From Octopus sinensis (Eukaryota): DNA of 5,020 nucleotides. Made by a program: the position numbers and the translations under genes. Below are positions 1-5,020 of the stretch, in pieces. Each line of letters begins with the position of its first letter. Position 1 is the stretch's first letter. The DNA lies in assembly GCF_006345805.1 (NCBI RefSeq), contig NW_021830117.1:1-5020 (forward strand), given 5' to 3'. The notes beneath the pieces were generated by a model. It had not been told where the DNA came from. It saw only the letters and a list, made by a program, of their open reading frames with translations, and did not search any database.

Positions 1-695
1 ATACAAAATCTATTTCTCTCTGTTCACCTTCTGTTCCCTCACATTCTAGGTAATGGCCATATTAAAGCTCATGCTGGTATTCTGTCCTGGTCTGAGGACA
101 TAAGCTCAGCTACTTGAGGTGGCATTTTCTTTTAAATAACACACTGTTACAACCAGTTTTATTACTTTGTTGAACCAAAAGATTTTCTTCATTCACCCAT
201 TGTGGAAAGCATTGATCTTATGTCTCCAACCACTCAGCATCATTCTAAACCATTAGGACAGACTGTAACATTGCTGGTCGAGAGTTCAATCTTTGTTCTA
301 ACATTGTCTTGCGCAAACTTACACATCAACTCAATTCTTGTGAATTGCCTCAATAATTTTTCTTACTCTTTTCTGCTGTGCTTTGTTGATAAGACTTCAT
401 TCTCCCCATACTCTAGGCTCATCATTGGCAGTAAAAAGTGCTAGATTGTTGCAGGTTATGTACATGTGTAATCCTAATATTATCTTTAGGAAATAAATAA
501 GGTCACAATGTCTTATGTTACAGATAGAATATTCTGGCTCCTGGGTAATCACAATAAATATTCCTTTAGGTAATAATTGTTTCACTTTAAAACATGCTAG
601 ACATTGCACCTGAGAGGTGGCAACATAAGCAATTAAGAATAATTAATAAAACAAAATAAAAAAATAAAGAAATATAAAATAGAAGCAATAATTAC

Positions 696-796
696 AATTG
701 TTCTTTCATCTTTTAATAAAGAATTTAATGATTTCTGGTAACAACTTCTCAACTCTTCAGCTTTTTCTCCCATTGGACCAACTGTATGGATTATGT
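696..796 (-). CDS. MACROD1/2: Internal coding exon (101 nt, phase 1-0) of the MACROD-like gene
   Basis: Minus strand reads ttctcattgtctag|ACATAATCCAT...AGAACAATT|gtaatt. It encodes (Y)IIHTVGPMGEKAEELRSCYQKSLNSLLKDERTI, containing the macrodomain IHTVGP and LxSCYxxSL motifs. It is the real core of ORF 633..830. Confidence 0.95.
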
Positions 797-969
797 CTAG
801 ACAATGAGAAAATATTTCACTGCAAGTCAAACCATTTAAAATAATGATAATTTATAGTTGTATAAATCTTTATCACTACAAACTAGTTAGGTGGCTTAAA
901 AAAATTTGTACAAACCAGTGAAAGAATTCTTGTAAAAGCCAACCAGAGAACATACATCAGGTCATACAA

Positions 970-1085
970 CTAGAAATAGCAAACAAATCTCCCTCAAGTC
1001 ATAACCAAACTATCTTAAAAATGACCACACTTTGTAGTCCTAGTATACCTAGAACTATATAATCCTAGATACACTAGGACTCTAA
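970..1085 (+). repeat. Fragment of a dispersed SINE-like family (copy 1)
   Basis: CTAGAAATAGCAAACAAATCTCCCTCAA (971-998) is similar to CTAGAGACAGCAGCCCAAATTCTCCTCAA (from 2102) within this window. Boundaries are approximate. Confidence 0.5.
1036..1081 (-). other. Inverted repeat forming a 21-bp RNA hairpin on the gene's sense strand
   Basis: Minus strand AGTCCTAGTGTATCTAGGATT-ATAT-AGTTCTAGGTATACTAGGACT gives 17 Watson-Crick pairs plus 4 G-U pairs, with no bulges. Confidence 0.8.
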
Positions 1086-1371
1086 AGATAGTGTACACAG
1101 ACAAGGGATTCACATATCTATACATACAATGTTAACTAAAATCCATAAGGTAATATTCTACACAATATAAACAGAGATACATAAAAGAGAGGTTAGTCTT
1201 TTGATGATTAAGTGACTGTGGGAGTGGAGGCCAAGAAATGACAGATGGTGGAGAAACATGTATAATGATTAAGTGAATGTTGTAATTAGTAATCTCAGAA
1301 AACAGATTCATTTAATTCTTATAATTTTTTAAATGTTTTTGTCATATTTTGTGAAAAAAATGTAAACTTAC

Positions 1372-1392
1372 ACTTTGCTGGGAGGCAATATC
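1372..1392 (-). CDS. MACROD1/2: 21-nt coding microexon (phase 1-1) of the MACROD-like gene
   Basis: Minus strand reads ttttcctatctctgcag|GATATTGCCTCCCAGCAAAGT|gtaagt. It encodes (G)YCLPAK(Y), exactly the GYxLPAKY motif missing between the two neighbouring exons. Consensus GTAAGT donor; phases match on both sides. Confidence 0.93.
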
Positions 1393-1410
1393 CTGCAGAG
1401 ATAGGAAAAC

Positions 1411-1472
1411 AGATAGATAGATAGATAGATACATACATACATACATATACACATATATACATACATACACAT
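1411..1472. repeat. Compound microsatellite (AGAT)5 followed by imperfect (ACAT)n
   Basis: Read directly; begins about 18 nt from the microexon acceptor, on the intron side. Confidence 0.95.
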
Positions 1473-1819
1473 ATGTGCATGTGTAATGTAGGGAACAATT
1501 AAGTAAGATAAAATAAAATAAAAATATATACTCTGTAAAACAAATCTGACTGCTTTATTAGTTCCTCTAGTAGGTTATAGCCATGCTGGAGCACCTCCAT
1601 TAAAACAAAATTTGTTATTGCTAATCTCACAACTGTATAAAGGTTAAATTTTTAAGCAAACAGAATTGTCACTCAGATTTCAATCACTGGTTAAGGTGAG
1701 CAAATGATCTCTTCTTGATAATCACCCATGAAATTATCCTACATAATTACTCACACAATGGAGAAATGATCAAGAACTGTCATCGCCATTTTTCCCAATC
1801 ATGAAACTTCCATTTCAGT

Positions 1820-1936
1820 TAAAGGAAGGAATACATTGGACAGTATTTTATGCTTAGATATCCTAAGCATAAAAAAAATCTCGAAATGATCATAGCTGTA
1901 GGTGTTTTTAATCAGGGGCGAACTGAAGCTAAACAT
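1820..1936 (+). repeat. Fragment of the same SINE-like family (copy 2, 3' half)
   Basis: ATGATCATAGCTGTAGGTG (~1887) resembles ATAGTCATGGCTGGGGTG (~2278), and ATTGGACAGT resembles ATTGAACAAT (~2134). It ends in GCTAAACA. Family link is partly from recollection of octopus repeats. Confidence 0.4.
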
Positions 1937-1982
1937 GAACCTCCCCATCAGCTATAAAAAGATGCCAAACAAAGTGTGTAAA

Positions 1983-2070
1983 GCTATAGTATGGCCAGTA
2001 TTGTTAGATATATAGTCCCTTTGAATGCTACAGTATGGCCATTATTGTTGGAGATATGCTCCCTTTCAAT
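1983..2070. repeat. Two-copy 44-bp tandem duplication
   Basis: 1983-2026 versus 2027-2070: 37/44 identical with no gaps. Confidence 0.9.
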
Positions 2071-2089
2071 GAATTTGCTTGTTAAAAGA

Positions 2090-2315
2090 TTGCTTGACTA
2101 GCTAGAGACAGCAGCCCAAATTCTCCTCAAACAGATTGAACAATGTAGTTGTGTCTATATCACCATCATCCTTTTCCGTGCTGGCATTTGTTGATCAGGA
2201 CTTTATGAGGTGATGTTTCGCGACCAGATACTCCTTCTGACACCAATCTTTATAACATGCAATTTCAAAAAGTGGGAATAGTCATGGCTGGGGTGCCTGT
2301 AATTATAGGTCTCAG
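2090..2315 (+). repeat. Fragment of the same SINE-like family (copy 3), interrupted by the inverted retroposon fragment at 2161-2248
   Basis: The left part matches 971-998 and the right part (2270-2310) matches 1880-1915. The intervening sequence is the inverted GAT-tailed fragment. Confidence 0.45.
2161..2248 (-). mobile_element. Degenerate, inverted 3' fragment related to the retroposon at 4191-4787
   Basis: The reverse complement GATTGGTGTCAGAAGGAGTATCTGGTCGCGAAAC...CAACAAATGCCAGCACGGAAAAGGATGATGGTG aligns by eye with GGTTGGCATTAGGAAGGGCATCCAGCAGTAGAAAC...CAACCCATGCTAGCATGGAAAGCGGA...GATGATGATG. Differences are mostly transitions. Confidence 0.6.
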
Positions 2316-2620
2316 TAATGTGCATCAATGAAATATAAATCAGTTATACATATAATTGGGGAGTTACAATTAGGGTTGTGCACTATCCAGGAGTTATTAA
2401 TCTCATTTGCTACATAAGACACAACAACAACAAAAGAAACCTCCAAATGTCAGAGAGAATTACTTTAATTAATACAAAACTAATCATTACTATGTAATAT
2501 AGTCTGTCTCTTGCCTTAGCACAACTAAAAGTAAGTTATTAATTATGTGATGTTCCACATAACGATCTCATATGTCCTGTTTGCTGAACTATTTAAAAAA
2601 TATAAAACATTCAGCTTTAC

Positions 2621-2716
2621 CGTCTGTTTTCACAATGTCTCCAGTCTTACAGCCATCTAAGGTTCGACATTTCCGTTTCAATTCTGGACCAGCTGCTTTG
2701 TGGATGGCACCATCAA
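2621..2716 (-). CDS. MACROD1/2: Internal coding exon (96 nt, phase 1-1) of a MacroD-type macrodomain gene (ADP-ribose glycohydrolase MACROD1/2-like)
   Basis: Minus strand reads ttttttag|TTGATGGTGCC...AAAACAGACG|gtaaag. It translates to (V)[31 protein letters not shown](G), matching the MacroD motif GGVDGAIHxAAG...GCxTG. Canonical AG at 2718-2717 and GT at 2620-2619. Not in the ORF track. Confidence 0.95.
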
Positions 2717-2967
2717 CTAAAAAATATTAAAATAGCAAAAACGAAACAAGATATAATATTATCAACAACAATCTACTCTGATTTATTCAATATTTGAGTT
2801 GTTAACCTCAAACACAAGTGATGTGTAGGGAATTCTGTCAATCTAACAATACCCCACTTAACATTTCCTCTACCAACCTAAAACAACAACAATGCATCTA
2901 AAACAGGTAAAACTCTACATCATCACAGACTACACACACACATACACTTTTTCTCTCACACAATTTA

Positions 2968-3784
2968 CAGGGTGCAGTGAATATATTGTCTAAAATTTTG
3001 CAAAAAATGAAAATAACACTGAGATCTCGTTTTACATAAGAATATCTTGAAATACTAAAGAGTAAATCTATTCAATAAAATCGCCATTGGCTTCAATCAC
3101 GATCTCCAGACAACTTTGAAATCTCCTGCAGTTCTTCTCGACAGTCTCCTCGCTTAAGTTGGTGAATGCTGCCACAATCATTCCCTTCAGTTCAGCTCTG
3201 GTGTTACAAGGAGTTTTGTTGGTCTCTCACTCAACTGCACCCCACACATAATAATCAAGGGGGCTGCAGTCTGGGGAGTTAGGTGGCCAAATGTTAGGGG
3301 TGATGTGGTCACAGAAATTGTCTGACAGCTATGACTGAGTTTTCCTGCTTAGGGTCTTCCAGCAGCCACCCTTTTGACTCAAGGCAGCACTACTTCCTCC
3401 AGGCACTTGATGTAGGACTCCATGTTCAATCTGAGGCCATGTGGGAAGAATAATGGAAGGTATAACATCACCATCACTAGTGATCACTCCAAACACCATG
3501 ATGTTGACTGGATGTTTAACTTTTATCATTCTCAGTACATGTCCTCAGACTAACACTCAAACACTCTGAAATGTTTGTATTGGAGGTTCCAGTGCAAATG
3601 CCAAGCAGTACAGCATGTTGTTTCCAAATTTCTGGCAGAGTGAATTGCATTGTAGTGGTGTTTCTTTCACAGACAGTGCCCAACTGACTGTACTATACTG
3701 TGTAGTCAATAAAATCAAAAACAAACAAAGTGCATGAGTGAAATTAAAAATATAAAATGGCAACAATTTACCCATTGTACCCTG
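2968..3784 (-). mobile_element. Non-autonomous, internally deleted Tc1/mariner-superfamily DNA transposon (DDxD, probably maT/DD37D-like), 817 bp
   Basis: Imperfect TIRs: CAGGGTGCAGTGAATATATTGT (2968-2989) versus CAGGGTACAATGGGTAAATTGT (reverse complement of 3763-3784), 17/22 identical. Both are flanked by TA (2966-2967 and 3785-3786). Transposase remnants lie between them on the minus strand. Subfamily assignment is inference, because the second catalytic D region is deleted. Confidence 0.9.
3068..3650 (-). pseudogene. Decayed mariner-like transposase
   Basis: An N-terminal HTH-like piece MQFTLPEIWKQHAVLLGICTGTSNTNISECLSVSLRT (ATG at 3650) joins near 3540 to KHPVNIMVFGVITSDGDV. After a frameshift comes FPHGLRLNMESYIKCLEEVVLP*VKRVAAGRP. 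After a further deletion comes SRKTQS*LSDNFCDHITPNIWPPNSPDCSPLDYYVWGAVE*ETNK...VIEANGDFIE* (TAG 3070-3068). WPPNSPDCSPLDY matches the mariner WPxxSPDLNPxD motif. Three internal stops. Confidence 0.9.
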
Positions 3785-3795
3785 TATGTATATAT

Positions 3796-3831
<36 letters not shown>

Positions 3832-3836
3832 CATAC
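3785..3836. repeat. (TA)n microsatellite contiguous with the mariner TA target site
   Basis: Read directly. Confidence 0.95.
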
Positions 3837-4135
3837 AAATTGAGATGGGGTTGTAAATGCAACCCTCCATGGGATAACATATATCCAATATACTGCTAGT
3901 GAAGTACCCAACAAAGTTAATACATAAATGTTAAGGATTGCGATGCAATCAATTCATTTACTGTATTATATGGGCAAAGGTAAAATGATTACCACAAATT
4001 ACTAATACAAGATAAGAAAATGGAGAAATACATCTAAATCAAATATCAATTACCAGATAATACTCAATCACATACTTTATTAAACCACCACATAAGAGAC
4101 TGTAGGGTTAAACATAAAAAAGCAGAACAAATCAG

Positions 4136-4173
4136 TGTACATAAAGGAATGTACATAAAAAAGTGTACATAAA
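4136..4173. repeat. Three copies of TGTACATAAA at 14-bp period
   Basis: Copies start at 4136, 4150 and 4164. Confidence 0.85.
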
Positions 4174-4190
4174 AGAGTAATGTTGTATAA

Positions 4191-4787
4191 ATGAGACCAT
4201 AACCTGTGGCCTATGCCAGAAGCGTAACCAACTCGCTTATGCGTACCTTTTCCTTCTTTGGTCACTAAACTCTGCTTGCGAAGACCAGTTGAGGCAAGTG
4301 AAATCAAAGTCAAATTCGATGACTGGCATCCATGCTAGCGGGGTGCAAAGAGCACCATATGAGTGTGATCGTTACCAGTGTCGCCTTACTGGCACTTGTG
4401 CCCATGCCAATAGGGTGCCAAGAGCACCATCCGAGCGTAATTGTTGCCAGAGCAGCCAACTGGCTTCCGTGCCGGTGGCACGTAAAAGGGCACCATTCGA
4501 GCGTGATCGTTACCAACGTCGCCTTACTGGCACCTGTGCTGGTGGCATGTGTAAAAAGATTCGAGCGAGGTCATTGCCAGTACCGCCTGACTGGCCCCCG
4601 TGCCGGTGGCACGTAAAAAGCACCCACTACACTCTCGGAGTGGTTGGCATTAGGAAGGGCATCCAGCAGTAGAAACTCTGCCAGATCAAGATTGGAGCCT
4701 GGTGCAGCCATCTGGTTCGCCAGCCCTCAGTCAAAATCATCCAACCCATGCTAGCATGGAAAGCGGACATTAAACGATGATGATGAT
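4191..4787 (+). mobile_element. GC-rich non-LTR retroposon (SINE or LINE-derived) with internal tandem array and (GAT)n tail
   Basis: Sharp GC increase relative to the flanks, and an internal ~66-bp tandem array. The 3' module GGTTGGCATTAGGAAGGGCATCCAGC...CCATGCTAGCATGGAAAGCGGACATTAAAC ends in GATGATGATGAT. I recall this as an abundant octopus repeat (not searched). The 5' boundary is approximate and no TSD is evident. Confidence 0.7.
4322..4624 (+). repeat. Tandem array of about 4.5 units of 64-71 bp with A-B-A-B higher-order structure
   Basis: Units start with ACTGGC at 4322, 4388, 4459, 4526 and 4590. GTGATCGTTACCA..GTCGCCTTACTGGCAC.TGTGC recurs about 138 bp apart, and CCGTGCCGGTGGCACGTAAAA recurs at 4467 and 4598. 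Confidence 0.9.
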
Positions 4788-4816
4788 TATTAATTACCCT
4801 CTATTTTTGTATTTTA

Positions 4817-5020
4817 TCTCTATATATAAAACTGAAATGCGTTTTTACCGCTTGGCTCGCTTTCAATGCCACTACATCCCGTCCGATTCGCTCCAAAATT
4901 TAGGGGACATGTAAAAATGAGGTGACGATGCCCGTGGCTACCTTAGAAATCCCTATCTTAAAAGGTGTGGTTGCTAGGGGCCATCTTCCTCACTCACGCT
5001 ATTCCTCCATCCCCTTCATT
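4817..5020 (+). mobile_element. Probable 5' end of a non-autonomous Helitron-like element, running off the window
   Basis: A|TCTCTATATATAAAACTGAAATG start (5'-TC after a host A), followed by a CCGATTCGCTCCAAAATTT motif and higher GC. This layout is typical of animal non-autonomous Helitron 5' ends. The 3' hairpin and CTRR end are not visible. Confidence 0.4.

Noticed and set aside
92-98. CTGAGGA hammerhead core-like motif (also on the minus strand near 3542-3548)
   Set aside because: No properly placed GAAA or supporting stems.
270-330. tRNA B-box-like GGTCGAGAGTTCAATC, a possible old SINE head
   Set aside because: No A box or cloverleaf can be supported; too degenerate to call.
202-444. 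80-aa plus-strand ORF
   Set aside because: GTG start, antisense to the host gene, no motif.
633-830. ORF as a standalone 65-aa gene with a hydrophobic tail
   Set aside because: Only 696-796 is exon; the tail is translated T-rich intron.
1204-1280. 16-bp direct repeat ATGATTAAGTGA(C/A)TGT, a possible TSD
   Set aside because: The enclosed 45 bp has no element features.
3557-3880. 107-aa ORF
   Set aside because: It runs through the (TA)n tract and the transposon TIR, and the transposase-like N-terminus is in a different frame.
4136-4173. Three TGTACATA Pumilio-element matches
   Set aside because: They are on the strand antisense to the gene and intronic; simple tandem slippage explains them.
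4080-4313. 77-aa minus-strand ORF
   Set aside because: It spans the retroposon 5' part and a short tandem repeat, with no protein signature.
4322-4624. CRISPR-like periodicity (~66 bp)
   Set aside because: The whole unit is repeated and degenerate, with no unique spacers, no cas genes, and a spliceosomal-intron context.
4289-4672. Overlapping ORFs 4289..4672, 4332..4616 and 4310..4516
   Set aside because: They are by-products of a GC-rich tandem array that is open in several frames on both strands; no recognisable domain.
2717-5020. Search for the upstream NAAN/LLGGGG exon
   Set aside because: No poly-Gly coding exon with splice sites was found; it presumably lies beyond 5020.

Overview
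This is AT-rich animal genomic DNA, and the repeat content resembles what I recall from octopus/coleoid genomes (inference). The window lies inside a minus-strand, intron-rich gene for a MacroD-type macrodomain protein (MACROD1/2-like ADP-ribose glycohydrolase). Three phase-compatible GT-AG exons (2621-2716, a 21-nt microexon at 1372-1392, and 696-796) splice to ...[73 protein letters not shown]... The ORF track misses two of these exons, and the flanking exons lie outside the window. The introns hold an 817-bp internally deleted Tc1/mariner (DDxD) element with TIRs and TA flanks, a (GAT)n-tailed retroposon with an internal ~66-bp structured tandem array, a degenerate inverted copy of that retroposon, fragments of another SINE-like family, a probable Helitron-like 5' end, and microsatellites. 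I see no clear new multi-gene system. The best leads are the microexon, the pseudoknot/hairpin array in the retroposon, a strand-asymmetric 21-bp intronic hairpin, and a possible alternative terminal exon.
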